The notes: a model not told the origin generated them from the sequence alone. A stretch of DNA of 64,000 bases from an uncultured candidate division WWE3 bacterium (GCA_963765125.1 CAVXUZ010000005.1:361441-425440), one strand, 5' to 3'. Numbered from the stretch's first letter, positions 43,932 through 53,871 are shown. Made by a program: numbers and translations.

Positions 43932-44353
43932 CAAGAACATACATACCAACTCACAACAAACTAGAAGTTGATTGGAAAATCGTCAACGCCGAGGGCAAAA
44001 TATTGGGTAAAGTGGCAACAGAAATTGCTGACATGCTCACTGGTAAAAATAAACCTACTTTTACACCAAATATAAATGTTGGCGATAAGGTTGTTGTTAT
44101 AAACGCCGAGAAGGTTGAATTTTCAGGTAATAAACTACAAGATAAAAAATATTACTGGCACACTGGTTACCCCGGCGGAATCAAAAGCGAAACCCTTGGG
44201 AAACTTTTTGCACGAAAACCAACAGAAGTTCTTAAAAAAGCAGTGTCGGGTATGTTACCAAAGAACAAACTAAGAAAAGTCAGAATGAGCAATTTAAAAA
44301 TTTATGAAGGTACTGAACACCCACATCAAGCTCAACTTGGAGGTAATAAATAA
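43928..44353 (+). CDS. rplM: 50S ribosomal protein L13
   Basis: GK.KP.FTP, GD.V.VINA, HTGYPGG and GMLPKN. Confidence 0.97.
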   Translation: MTRTYIPTHNKLEVDWKIVNAEGKILGKVATEIADMLTGKNKPTFTPNINVGDKVVVINAEKVEFSGNKLQDKKYYWHTGYPGGIKSETLGKLFARKPTEVLKKAVSGMLPKNKLRKVRMSNLKIYEGTEHPHQAQLGGNK

Positions 44354-44355
44354 CC

Positions 44356-44772
44356 ATGGCTAAAGTTGAATCTAAAGAAAATTTAATTACTACTACTGGT
44401 AGAAGAAAAACAGCAGTTGCAAGAGTATTTTTGTTTCCTGAAAAAGGCGAAATCTTAGTAAACGATAAAAAAATTGACGAGCATTACACAACAGAAATAG
44501 ATCAACTTGAGTGGAAAAGACCTTTTCACGCTGTAGGTGTAGCACATCCTGAAACACAGTTTAGAGGCACAATAAAGGTAAATGGTTCAGGCCCTTCAGC
44601 ACAGCTAGGTGCAGTCGTTCACGGTCTTTCACGCGCACTTGCAAGAATTAGCGACGAGTATAGAACAATCTTAAGTCACGGTGGATTTCTTACTAGAGAC
44701 CCAAGAATGGTTGAGAGAAAGAAACCTTACTTGAGAAAAGCTAGAAAAGCTCCACAATACTCAAAGAGATAA
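44356..44772 (+). CDS. rpsI: 30S ribosomal protein S9
   Basis: GRRKTAVARV and LTRDPRMVERKK...QYSKR. Confidence 0.98.
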   Translation: MAKVESKENLITTTGRRKTAVARVFLFPEKGEILVNDKKIDEHYTTEIDQLEWKRPFHAVGVAHPETQFRGTIKVNGSGPSAQLGAVVHGLSRALARISDEYRTILSHGGFLTRDPRMVERKKPYLRKARKAPQYSKR

Positions 44773-45057
44773 GCTCCCCTCTATCATTTCTTTAATATCA
44801 ATAATTTCTTTTTGAAGAGATTCGAGTTTCATTTGTAACTTTGTTTTTTCATCCTCTCTTATATTTATAAAGGGAGTGTTGTAGTTATTAACAATTCTTT
44901 CTACTATTTTTAAAGGCGGGCACGTTCGACCGGTTTCATATGCTGAGATCGTTTTTCCAGATAAACCTAGCTTCTTACCAAACCTGTCTTGAGACAAATT
45001 ATAGTTGTCTCTGATTTTTTTAATTTTTATACCAATGTTTGTGGAATCTTTGGGCAT
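44761..45057 (-). CDS. XRE-family HTH regulator with a C-terminal coiled coil
   Basis: IKKIR...LSQ..FGKKLGLS..TISAYETG...P. Confidence 0.88.
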   Translation of the reverse strand: MPKDSTNIGIKIKKIRDNYNLSQDRFGKKLGLSGKTISAYETGRTCPPLKIVERIVNNYNTPFINIREDEKTKLQMKLESLQKEIIDIKEMIEGSLSL

Positions 45058-45088
45058 ATATTCTTAGGTAATTAGAACTTATCACCTA

Positions 45089-45102
45089 GCAATACATATT
45101 GC
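45089..45102. promoter_or_regulatory. Palindrome GCAATA-CA-TATTGC, a candidate XRE operator
   Basis: Inverted repeat in the 64-nt gap between the divergent XRE and radC genes. Confidence 0.4.
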
Positions 45103-45121
45103 AACAACCTATATTATATTT

Positions 45122-45823
45122 GTGTCTGATAAGTTACTTATAAAAGATTTACTAAACGAAAATAAACCAAGAGAGAGGCTTATTGGGTTTGGTGATGCTT
45201 CACTTTCTGAATCTGAACTTCTAGCTTTAATTTTACAAACCGGCGGTGCAAATACCTCGGCGGTGGATTTAGCAAATTTACTCTTAAAGCATTTCGGTTC
45301 ATTAAAAAAGGTATTTGACGCTGAATATTTTGAACTCATAAAACTGCGTTATATTGGCGCGGCTAAAGCATCAAAGATTAGAGCAATTTCAGAGGTATGT
45401 AAAAGAATAATGCATACAAAATCCGACCAGCTAGAATTTATTAACAATCCAGAGTCTGCGTATAAAACCATTAAAAGATTTTTTGTTGGTAAAAAACAAG
45501 AGCACGTTTATCTTCTATCGCTAAATTCTCGAAGATGTGTCACCTCAATTGATTTAATATCTTTGGGCTCCATTAACGAAAGTTTATTTCCATTGCGAGA
45601 GATAATAAAAAAAGCATTAGAAAAAAATGCAGTAGGAATAATCATCGCGCACAATCACCCCTCAGGAGATTCATCACCAAGCCATGAAGACATTGAAATT
45701 ACAAAAAACCTACAAAACGCCTGTACGGCAGTAGGGCTTACTTTTATTGACCATATTATTGCAACTGAAACAGAGTTCACAAGTTTAAAAAGTTCGAACT
45801 TACTATCGAAGGGAGGTGAATAA
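45122..45823 (+). CDS. radC: RadC-family JAB-domain protein
   Basis: PRERL..G..SLS.SELLALIL.TG, HhH IG.AKA, and JAB motif HNHPSGD..PS.ED...DHII. Confidence 0.92.
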   Translation: MSDKLLIKDLLNENKPRERLIGFGDASLSESELLALILQTGGANTSAVDLANLLLKHFGSLKKVFDAEYFELIKLRYIGAAKASKIRAISEVCKRIMHTKSDQLEFINNPESAYKTIKRFFVGKKQEHVYLLSLNSRRCVTSIDLISLGSINESLFPLREIIKKALEKNAVGIIIAHNHPSGDSSPSHEDIEITKNLQNACTAVGLTFIDHIIATETEFTSLKSSNLLSKGGE

Positions 45824-45824
45824 A

Positions 45825-46415
45825 ATGCAACTAAAAAAACCATCGATGAAGTTTATGCTCCTAGCAGCAGGTCTACTTGTTGTACTTGCTTCTGGCGTAA
45901 CTGTAGCAGCTTTTGGCGATAAAGGAGATATTCTTGGTTCATCATTTTCAGTAGGCAGCGCGGATATTAAGCTTCTCAAAGATTTAGCGGGGCCAACTTC
46001 GGCTAGCAATCTCACTGATACTCTTCCAGGACCTAAATTTTCTAACATCGGACCTAACTGGCGCCAAGATTACCCATTAAAACTTTATAACAACGCTTCG
46101 GGGCACATACAACTCACCAGCGTCTCAAATTACGAAACAGCCAACGATCCTGACGAGTTAAGACAAATCATCTATGTTGAACCAATAAATTGGGGTGACC
46201 CAAACAATAACGGGATAGTAGAAGATAACGAGCTAGGCTCTTCATTCGGAAGAAAAACAATCATCAAATGGAAAACTGAAGGATTTGATCTTAGTTCTAT
46301 GGCGTCTGGGTCAGTTAAGGGTATGATCTTAAGGTTTTCTACTGACGCTGTATCTGACACAAAACAAGGCAAAACCGCCGTATTTGACTTTATATTCAAC
46401 TCGCTGGGACTTTAA
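45825..46415 (+). CDS. Secreted TasA/camelysin-like protein with a SipW-class signal peptide
   Basis: Hydrophobic leader followed by GVTVA|AFGD....GSSFSVGSADIKL, and a C-terminal QGKT..FDFIF; SD GGAGGTG. Confidence 0.6.
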   Translation: MQLKKPSMKFMLLAAGLLVVLASGVTVAAFGDKGDILGSSFSVGSADIKLLKDLAGPTSASNLTDTLPGPKFSNIGPNWRQDYPLKLYNNASGHIQLTSVSNYETANDPDELRQIIYVEPINWGDPNNNGIVEDNELGSSFGRKTIIKWKTEGFDLSSMASGSVKGMILRFSTDAVSDTKQGKTAVFDFIFNSLGL

Positions 46416-46422
46416 ACGATAA

Positions 46423-46449
46423 TTGGGTATCGCCCCGGGAGATACCTAA
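46423..46449 (+). terminator. Stem-loop after the TasA-like gene
   Basis: ttgggtatc-9 nt-gatacctaa with a weak U-tract. Confidence 0.4.
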
Positions 46450-46484
46450 TGCTGTCATGTGAGAAAAATATTAGATATACTAAA

Positions 46485-49055
46485 ATGGTGCTCGATATAC
46501 CACGATCGATTAGTAAATTCTTGGTCTGGTGGTTTTATACTGCCCCAAAAAAAATATACACAATATTCACACGAATATTGATTTTTGCAAATTACGAACT
46601 TTCTTTTACAGTAAACCTTAGGTTAATCTTTACACCGCTTTATGGCGACTACTCATTTATTGGAAGAATTATCGGTTTTTTCACAAGAATTATTTTTATT
46701 GTGTTTGGATTAGTTTTTATTGGCTTTCTAGGAATTGTAAGCATGCTAGCACCAATCGTCTGGTATCTGCTTTTACCATTTGCGTTCTATTATTTTGATT
46801 TTTGGTCAATACCTTTTGTTCTTGCGCTTTATATAGCTGTAACAATCAAAAAAGTTACAACACCTGACAAAAAGGTTTCTGAGGTAAAAAAAGAACAGGC
46901 CCTCGATTCTTTTAGACCCGACGTTAAAAGAAATTTTATGGATATTGTAGGAAAAGGCGCGTATTTTACAAACATTTTTCTACATAACCCACAAATTTCT
47001 TACTTACTAAATAAATCAGAAATGGCAAATAAAGGGCTTGAGGATAAGATTAGTAAAACTGAAATATTTGAGCAGAGTAAAATTCAAAATCTTGCATATG
47101 ACTTTGCCATCGAAAATAAATCAAAATATGTCGAAATGGAGCATCTATTTATGGCTGTTATTACAGCAATTCCTAATATTGAAACCATACTCTCTGGTTA
47201 TGGCTCAGAACTACGTCACTTGAAAGAAAGCGCATTTTGGATTGTCCAACGAAGAGACTTTTTGAACAGTATGTACTTTTGGCAAGATGACTACATCATG
47301 CCCCCAATGGGAGGATTTGGCCACGGCCTTACAGGCAGAGTTACTCCCCACCTTGATGCCATCTCTAGAGATTTTACAAAACTTGTTAAGAGAGGTTTAC
47401 TTCCAGATATTGTTGGGCGTGATCTTGAAGTCGGAAAAATAGCAAGTACTTTAGGTGGCGCAAACGAAAACATCTTAATTCTCGGTGAACCGGGTTGTGG
47501 AAAAACATCTCTCGTAATGGGTATCGCTCACAGAATAATGCATGGTACTGAATATAAATCACTTAGAAATAAAAGGATTGTGAGCTTAGAAATGGGTGGA
47601 TTAATTTCTGGCGCGAGGCACTCAGGAGAAGTTGCGTCTAAACTCAAACAAGCGCTAGATGAGGTAGTCGCCTCAAAAGATATAATTTTATTTATTGATG
47701 AAATACATAATCTTGTTTCCCCCGTCGATAACTCAGAAGATTTTTCAACGGTTTATTCAATCCTAGAACCATACCTCGCATCAAGCTCAGTACAATTTAT
47801 TGGTGCGACCAACCTTGAAAATTACAGAAAGTACATTGAGCCAATAGGTTCTTTTTCTAGACTATTTCAAATATTTGAGGTTCAAGAAGCTGACTTTACA
47901 TCGACATTAGAAATTCTAAAGCATCGTGCAATTAGAGACGAACGTAAATATGGCGTAGTTATAACAATTCCAGCCCTTTTTAAGATTATAAAACTCTCCG
48001 AAAAGCTAATTCACGATAGGGTGTTACCAGACAAAGCAATTGATATTTTAAATCGTGCAACAAATGAGGCACGAAGTACAGACAGGGTTGTGAGCGTAAA
48101 AATTATAGAAAAAATAATTACTGAGATGACTCGGGTGCCTGTCTCTGCAATTTCTGATGATGAATCAGAAAAATTACTAAACATAGAATCAGAAATGAAA
48201 AAAAGAGTAATCGGTCAGGATCATGCAATTATAAAAATTGCTAACGCTATAAAGCGCGCGAGAGTTGGTATAAGAGACGAAAACAAACCAATCGCAAGTT
48301 TCTTATTCGTTGGAACAACTGGTGTTGGAAAAACGGAAACTGCAAAAACCTTAAGCGAAACATATTTTGGTGATAAAAAAGCAATGGTGAGACTCGATAT
48401 GAGTGAGTATCAAAGCCCAGACAGCATCGATAAACTTATTGGAACCTCTGATGGAAAAACAAAAGGTATTCTTACTGAGCAAATTAGAACAAAACCATTC
48501 GTTGTTTTACTTCTCGATGAAATTGAAAAAGCACATCAGCAGGTTATGCTTACATTTTTACAGGTTTTAGACGATGCACGTCTCACAGATTCGTCAGGAA
48601 AAACCGTTGATTTCACAAATACAATCATCATCGCTACAAGTAATGTGGGAACTAAACAAATTCAAGAAATAACCCAACGAGGCGGTAGCTATGAAGAAAT
48701 AGAAGAGTCGGCAATGGCTGCGGTAAGGGATAAATTTGCGCCAGAGTTTCTTAACCGATTCACCGGAATCATTGTCTACAAGCCTCTTCAAATTGAAGAG
48801 GTAAGAAAAATCGCAAATATTATGCTTGCAAATGTAGTAAAAAGAACGCAGGAGAAAAAAATTAAAATTACATTTAGTGATGAATTGATTACTGAATTGA
48901 TAAAGCGAGGATTTAGTCCAGAGTGGGGTGCGAGACCTCTTGCAAGAACAATCGAAGAAAGTGTCGAAACCTACGTTGCAGAAAATATTCTTAAAAAAGA
49001 GTTTAAACAGGGTGACACAGTAACATTAGGTATGGAAATATTTTTAAAAAAATGA
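46485..49055 (+). CDS. ClpA/B/C-family double AAA+ ATPase with an N-terminal membrane domain
   Basis: GEPGCGKT/FIDEIH, RVLPDKAID, GTTGVGKT/LLDEIEK, PEFLNR and GARPL; hydrophobic N-terminal ~120 aa. Confidence 0.9.
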   Translation: MVLDIPRSISKFLVWWFYTAPKKIYTIFTRILIFANYELSFTVNLRLIFTPLYGDYSFIGRIIGFFTRIIFIVFGLVFIGFLGIVSMLAPIVWYLLLPFAFYYFDFWSIPFVLALYIAVTIKKVTTPDKKVSEVKKEQALDSFRPDVKRNFMDIVGKGAYFTNIFLHNPQISYLLNKSEMANKGLEDKISKTEIFEQSKIQNLAYDFAIENKSKYVEMEHLFMAVITAIPNIETILSGYGSELRHLKESAFWIVQRRDFLNSMYFWQDDYIMPPMGGFGHGLTGRVTPHLDAISRDFTKLVKRGLLPDIVGRDLEVGKIASTLGGANENILILGEPGCGKTSLVMGIAHRIMHGTEYKSLRNKRIVSLEMGGLISGARHSGEVASKLKQALDEVVASKDIILFIDEIHNLVSPVDNSEDFSTVYSILEPYLASSSVQFIGATNLENYRKYIEPIGSFSRLFQIFEVQEADFTSTLEILKHRAIRDERKYGVVITIPALFKIIKLSEKLIHDRVLPDKAIDILNRATNEARSTDRVVSVKIIEKIITEMTRVPVSAISDDESEKLLNIESEMKKRVIGQDHAIIKIANAIKRARVGIRDENKPIASFLFVGTTGVGKTETAKTLSETYFGDKKAMVRLDMSEYQSPDSIDKLIGTSDGKTKGILTEQIRTKPFVVLLLDEIEKAHQQVMLTFLQVLDDARLTDSSGKTVDFTNTIIIATSNVGTKQIQEITQRGGSYEEIEESAMAAVRDKFAPEFLNRFTGIIVYKPLQIEEVRKIANIMLANVVKRTQEKKIKITFSDELITELIKRGFSPEWGARPLARTIEESVETYVAENILKKEFKQGDTVTLGMEIFLKK

Positions 49056-49080
49056 GCCGTCATTTATTAAATAACGGCTC
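49054..49080. terminator. Stem-loop between convergent genes
   Basis: gagccgt...acggctc. Confidence 0.6.
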
Positions 49081-49091
49081 TGTAAAACAGT

Positions 49092-49313
49092 CTAGACAAC
49101 AGCACAGAGAACAAAAACGCTAACGATAATTGTTGCAGCGGTTAAAACCAAACACAAAAAAGCAAAAAACGGCAATGACAATCTTTTGCGTGCAATTCGG
49201 TTTAGTAGTTTATGAAACCACTTTACCGCAACCGCAGAAAAAATAAACGCCATCAATGCCCCAATCAAACAGCCTGGTACAATAACTAGAAAATCCCAAA
49301 GTGTTTTAAACAT
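49092..49313 (-). CDS. Small 2-TM hypothetical protein
   Basis: Hydrophobic 73-aa ORF abutting the upstream ORF. Confidence 0.55.
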   Translation of the reverse strand: MFKTLWDFLVIVPGCLIGALMAFIFSAVAVKWFHKLLNRIARKRLSLPFFAFLCLVLTAATIIVSVFVLCAVV

Positions 49314-49541
49314 TTAGCCTCCTATAATGTGTAGCAGTGACCCACCAATCAGAATTACCCCAAAACAGATTAAAAAGACAGAGGCTCCCCTATCTGCTCT
49401 GTATTGTGTCCAGTGCGGGTTTATTCGTGGTAAGTTCTCAACAAACACACGATATTTCTTTACGTGCCCTAGAAGGATTATTACACCTAGCAGCGCGAAC
49501 AACACGCCTAAAACCATTTGTAAAAGGTAGACCCAGTTCAC
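49314..49541 (-). CDS. Small 2-TM hypothetical protein
   Basis: GTG start behind a GGAAAGGAAGG SD; two hydrophobic helices. Confidence 0.55.
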   Translation of the reverse strand: MNWVYLLQMVLGVLFALLGVIILLGHVKKYRVFVENLPRINPHWTQYRADRGASVFLICFGVILIGGSLLHIIGG

Positions 49542-49592
49542 CGTTACCTTCCTTTCCAAGAGTTTAGTTAGGAATGTTATACTACAAAAGTT

Positions 49593-50594
49593 ATGAAAGA
49601 GCAAAATGAACGTTTGGATAATTTAAGAAAAAATCTATTTATTGACGATAAAAAAGCCAAAATAAAACAATTCGATGAAGAGCTTGCAGATGAAAAGATT
49701 TGGCAGAATTGGGAATTAGGGCAAAAAATATCACAAGACCGCGCCGACCTGGCAAAAGATGTGGAAGACTACGAAATGCTTGAGCTTATCTCTGAAACGG
49801 GAACACCTGAGGAGTTTGATAATGAGATAAAAAAGCTTGAGCTGAGGTACTTTCTTTCTGAAAAACACGATAAATCTGACGCCATTATGAGCATACACGC
49901 CGGCCAAGGTGGTACTGAGGCGATGGACTGGGTTGCGATGCTTTTAAGAATGTATCTTAGATACGCAGAAAGAAAGAATTTTAAAACAGATATAATTCAT
50001 ATGATTAATGGTGATGAGGCAGGTTTTAAAACAGTTACCTTTGAAATTGACGGTAAGTACAGTTACGGATTTTTAAAACGCGAAAGTGGAGTTCATAGAC
50101 TTGTTAGGCAATCACCATTCAATGCTGATGACCTCAGACAAACCTCCTTTGCACTAGTAGAAATCGTGCCTATGATTGACGACTCGATAGATATAGAAAT
50201 TAAAGAAGAAGATCTCGAGTTTGAAAGCTACCGCTCGGGTGGCAAGGGCGGACAAAACGTCAACAAAGTTTCAACTGCCGTAAGAATAAAACATAAACCA
50301 TCAGGTATTATTGTTGAAAATCAAAGCGAAAGATACCAAGGAAAAAATAGAGAAAAAGCTATGCAAATCTTAAAGTCTCGTCTTTACGCCAAAGAATTAG
50401 AAAAAATGGAGCAAGAAAAAAGACGCCTTAAGGGCCAACACATTACACCAGGTTGGGGTAATCAAATTAGAAACTACGTGCTTCATCCTTACAAATTAGT
50501 GAAAGATTTAAGAACTGACGTTGAAAGTACCAACCCAGATGCGGTTTTAGATGGAGACCTCGATTTATTTATTGACGCCGAAATCAAACTCTAG
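49593..50594 (+). CDS. prfB: Peptide chain release factor 2, single ORF with no frameshift
   Basis: GGTEA.DW, ESGVHRLVRQSPF, GGQNVNK and WGNQIRNY. Confidence 0.96.
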   Translation: MKEQNERLDNLRKNLFIDDKKAKIKQFDEELADEKIWQNWELGQKISQDRADLAKDVEDYEMLELISETGTPEEFDNEIKKLELRYFLSEKHDKSDAIMSIHAGQGGTEAMDWVAMLLRMYLRYAERKNFKTDIIHMINGDEAGFKTVTFEIDGKYSYGFLKRESGVHRLVRQSPFNADDLRQTSFALVEIVPMIDDSIDIEIKEEDLEFESYRSGGKGGQNVNKVSTAVRIKHKPSGIIVENQSERYQGKNREKAMQILKSRLYAKELEKMEQEKRRLKGQHITPGWGNQIRNYVLHPYKLVKDLRTDVESTNPDAVLDGDLDLFIDAEIKL

Positions 50595-50843
50595 GTTTTG
50601 AGTTTTCAAAAAAATCAAAAATCCAATTACAATAACAGCGAAAATTGCCGTTTTAAGCAAGTCGCCTTTAATTTGTTCGAAAGGCAGTCTTTGATCAAGC
50701 TTTTTTGGCTGTCCTGCAACTTCCTGAACCTCCACACTTGAAGAAGAATCGTTAACTTTTACTCTTGTACCGCTGCTAATTTGAGCTTTAATTATCTCTT
50801 TTTGTCTTCTTAATGATTTTTTCTCGTTTTTATTTTTTGACAT
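50565..50843 (-). CDS. Small basic protein with a C-terminal TM
   Basis: ORF with TGgTATCAT 6 nt upstream. Confidence 0.6.
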   Translation of the reverse strand: MSKNKNEKKSLRRQKEIIKAQISSGTRVKVNDSSSSVEVQEVAGQPKKLDQRLPFEQIKGDLLKTAIFAVIVIGFLIFLKTQNLEFDFGVNK

Positions 50844-50861
50844 AGCGAAATGATACCAAAA

Positions 50862-51599
50862 TTATTCGACATTGTTTTGACCAACTGTCTCTTCTAAAGG
50901 CCCCGCGTCACCAGAACCATCTAGCTCCTCAGTGGGTTTAAAAAGAGGCATTTCTTTTGTGGGCCTAAATATAATTGTCCTAATTATCTCGGTTTCCTTA
51001 TTCAGTTTGTTCACCGCCTTAACGCTTATTGTATTGATTCCTTCTCTGAGCTTGATTGAAGTTAAAAAGCTCCCGTCAGAATTATTGATAATCCTTTGAT
51101 TGTTAATAAAGACTTCAGAATCTAACTCAACACGTCCAGTGATATCCACAATATCGTTTTCAGAAAGCATGTTGTCTTCGGGGTAGAAAAGATCAAGAGA
51201 AGGTGCATCCGTATAGGCTTTATATTGAAAAAAGAGAAACGCAAAAAAACCACTCAAAAGCACAGCTGAAAAAATTGAAATTACCAAACCAGGCGTGATA
51301 ATAAATTTTTCTGGTTCTAGTGCCTTAATCTTAGTAAATTTTTCACCACGTTTATCCTCAAGTGAAGGCTCGTGCTCTCTCCTCCACAGCGCCATAATCT
51401 CTTCTTGGTCCAGTTCTAAGAATTCAGCGTAATTTTTTAAAAATCCCTTGGCGTGCACTCTTCCTTCAAACAAAGAGTAGTCATCGCTTTCAAGTGCTTT
51501 AATATATTTTGGATGAATTTTTATAGCACGGTTAACTTCTTCAATTGTATAACCATTACTTTTTCTTGCTGATAAAAGTAAACTACCTACACTTTTCAT
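50862..51599 (-). CDS. RodZ-like HTH membrane protein with an Ig-like C-terminal domain
   Basis: G.LL..AR...KI..KYIKALE.....KGFLKNYAEFL, one TM; located downstream of ftsK. Confidence 0.8.
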   Translation of the reverse strand: MKSVGSLLLSARKSNGYTIEEVNRAIKIHPKYIKALESDDYSLFEGRVHAKGFLKNYAEFLELDQEEIMALWRREHEPSLEDKRGEKFTKIKALEPEKFIITPGLVISIFSAVLLSGFFAFLFFQYKAYTDAPSLDLFYPEDNMLSENDIVDITGRVELDSEVFINNQRIINNSDGSFLTSIKLREGINTISVKAVNKLNKETEIIRTIIFRPTKEMPLFKPTEELDGSGDAGPLEETVGQNNVE

Positions 51600-51607
51600 A
51601 TTTTATT

Positions 51608-53851
51608 CTACTCATCTAAATTAATTCTGGGGGCTTTAATATCGTTTGGAGCAGGAGGTAAACCATCATGCATGGGCATTGCTTCGCTTATTATTTCACG
51701 CGCTCTACTGCCCTGCGCGGTACCTATCACACCACTCTCTTCTAATTCATCGAGGATCCTCGCTGCACGTGCATAGCCTATCGAAAGTCTTCTTTGCAAC
51801 AAAGACGCAGACGCTCTCCCTGTACTTACAACTATATCTACCGCCTCGTCGTAATGCGGATCTTTTTTATCTCCACCTGCAGAAATACTTTTTCCGCTAT
51901 TATCGTCTTTCGGGTTCTCAATAATTTCTTCTTTGTACTCAGGAGGTACACCCTGTGATTTTAAGAAGTTTACCACTCTCGTAATTTCGTCATCGCGAAC
52001 AAACGCACCCTGAAGTCTAATAGGTGTTGGTTTGTCAGGAGGAACAAAAAGCATGTCTCCTTTTCCTAAAAGTTTTTCCGCGCCTGGCTGATCTATAATA
52101 ACTCTCGAGTCAACTTGCCCCGTCACATTGAAGGCAACCCTACAAGGTATATTTGCCTTAATTAAACCCGTTATAACGTCTGCTGAGGGCCTCTGGGCGG
52201 CTAAAACAAGGTGAATTCCGGTCGCTCTGGCTAGTTGGGCTAATCTTATAATATTTTTCTCAACAGCGTTTGGATCTGCAACCATAATCTCCCCCAACTC
52301 ATCGACAATAATGACAATATAGGGAAGTGCTTGAAAACCTGACTTTTCGTTATAAGCATCAATATTTCGAGCTTTTGCACTCTCTAAAAGCTTGTATCGC
52401 CTCGTCATCTCGGTTACCGCCCATTTAAAAACTGCAGGAGCCTTTTCCGTATCGGTTATTAAAGGAGTATAGAGATGTGGAATATCCGCGTAAGAGCTTA
52501 ACTCAACTCTCTTTGGATCGATCATAATAAGCTTTACTTCTTGAGGTGTAGCCCTAAAAAGAATTGAAAAAATAAGATTATGAATAAAGACAGATTTTCC
52601 TGAGCCTGTCGTTCCTGCGATAAGAAGGTGTGGCATTGTATTGATGTCGTAAATGTGAGTTATACCGCCAACATCCTTTCCTAGCACGATTTCGAGCTTA
52701 GATTTTGACGCCTTCATTTGATCTGATGAGATGAGAGATCTAAAGTCCACCTCTGCGCGTCTTCTGTTAGGCACCTCGATACCTATTAATGCTTTACCAG
52801 GAATAGGAGCTTCGATACGAACCGACCCCGTAGGTGACGCCAAAGCCAATGCTAAGTTTGACTGTAGGTTAGCGATTCTTGCCAGCTTAACCCCCGGTGG
52901 AGCTTGTAGAGCATACTTTGTGACCGCAGGGCCTACTTGCACATCTACAATCTCGACTGGTATATCAAACGAGTTTAACGTGTCTACTATAGTCTTTTTA
53001 TGTGCAGCCACGTCTCCTGTGTCAGGCGGCAAACCAGAGCCTTCAGAAAGTAAATCAATTGATGGTAACTCCCAAACTCTATCGGCATAAGGCAAATTTG
53101 ATGAAATTTTTGCAATATCAGATATGTCACTGTTCATCGCCGGCATGGCTCTAATATCAACGCCGGTCTGCGGTTCTGACATTGTAGGTACAATCTCAAA
53201 AGTAGGTTCGTCTGGAATATCTCCATGCGACTGTGAAATAACCTCGCCCTCTAAAGATTCGTCGGGCATTCCAGATGTTACTTCAACCTTATCACCTTCT
53301 TTTTTCTTTATTAAACCAACAATACTAAGTTTTTCGCGGTAAATCTCAACTGCTTTATCTATTGATATATCAAAAATTAAAATTACGGACATTATCAACA
53401 ATCCAGCAAGCAAAGCTACGCCACCGAATACGCTGAAGAGATTTCGCAAACCAAACCCCACCACGTAGCCGATAAACCCTCCTCCACCGCCGTTTATTGC
53501 CACTTCTTTTGACATTTCGGGTGAAATAAAAATATGAAATAATCCAGCAAGTGAAACCAATAAAATCACCAAACCAACAACAACTCTAAGCTCTTTTAAT
53601 CTTGTTTTAAAGGAGTCTATAAAAACTAATCCAATAACACCAGTTAGAAGCGGCAGGCCGAATGAGGCGTAACCAAGGGTTTTTCTAAAAACCAATTGAA
53701 TTTTTTCGTTTAAAAAGTAATGTGGGGCGATAAAGGAAATAATGGCTAAAATTGAGAATAAAAGCAGTAACACCGCAATAATTGACCTTGATGTCTCTGG
53801 GCTAATGTTAAAACTTACTTTGAATTTCTTTTTTCTCCCTCGCTTGGCCAT
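51608..53851 (-). CDS. ftsK: DNA translocase FtsK/SpoIIIE
   Basis: N-terminal TMs, PHLLIAGTTGSGKS, AEKLLGKGDML and gamma domain LQRRLSIGYARAAR. Confidence 0.97.
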   Translation of the reverse strand: MAKRGRKKKFKVSFNISPETSRSIIAVLLLLFSILAIISFIAPHYFLNEKIQLVFRKTLGYASFGLPLLTGVIGLVFIDSFKTRLKELRVVVGLVILLVSLAGLFHIFISPEMSKEVAINGGGGGFIGYVVGFGLRNLFSVFGGVALLAGLLIMSVILIFDISIDKAVEIYREKLSIVGLIKKKEGDKVEVTSGMPDESLEGEVISQSHGDIPDEPTFEIVPTMSEPQTGVDIRAMPAMNSDISDIAKISSNLPYADRVWELPSIDLLSEGSGLPPDTGDVAAHKKTIVDTLNSFDIPVEIVDVQVGPAVTKYALQAPPGVKLARIANLQSNLALALASPTGSVRIEAPIPGKALIGIEVPNRRRAEVDFRSLISSDQMKASKSKLEIVLGKDVGGITHIYDINTMPHLLIAGTTGSGKSVFIHNLIFSILFRATPQEVKLIMIDPKRVELSSYADIPHLYTPLITDTEKAPAVFKWAVTEMTRRYKLLESAKARNIDAYNEKSGFQALPYIVIIVDELGEIMVADPNAVEKNIIRLAQLARATGIHLVLAAQRPSADVITGLIKANIPCRVAFNVTGQVDSRVIIDQPGAEKLLGKGDMLFVPPDKPTPIRLQGAFVRDDEITRVVNFLKSQGVPPEYKEEIIENPKDDNSGKSISAGGDKKDPHYDEAVDIVVSTGRASASLLQRRLSIGYARAARILDELEESGVIGTAQGSRAREIISEAMPMHDGLPPAPNDIKAPRINLDE

Positions 53852-53871
53852 TAATCCTATAATATCAAGCT

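Noticed and set aside
44761-46415. Prophage or ICE remnant suggested by XRE plus RadC
   Set aside because: No integrase, att repeats or phage genes, and RadC is the full-length chromosomal type
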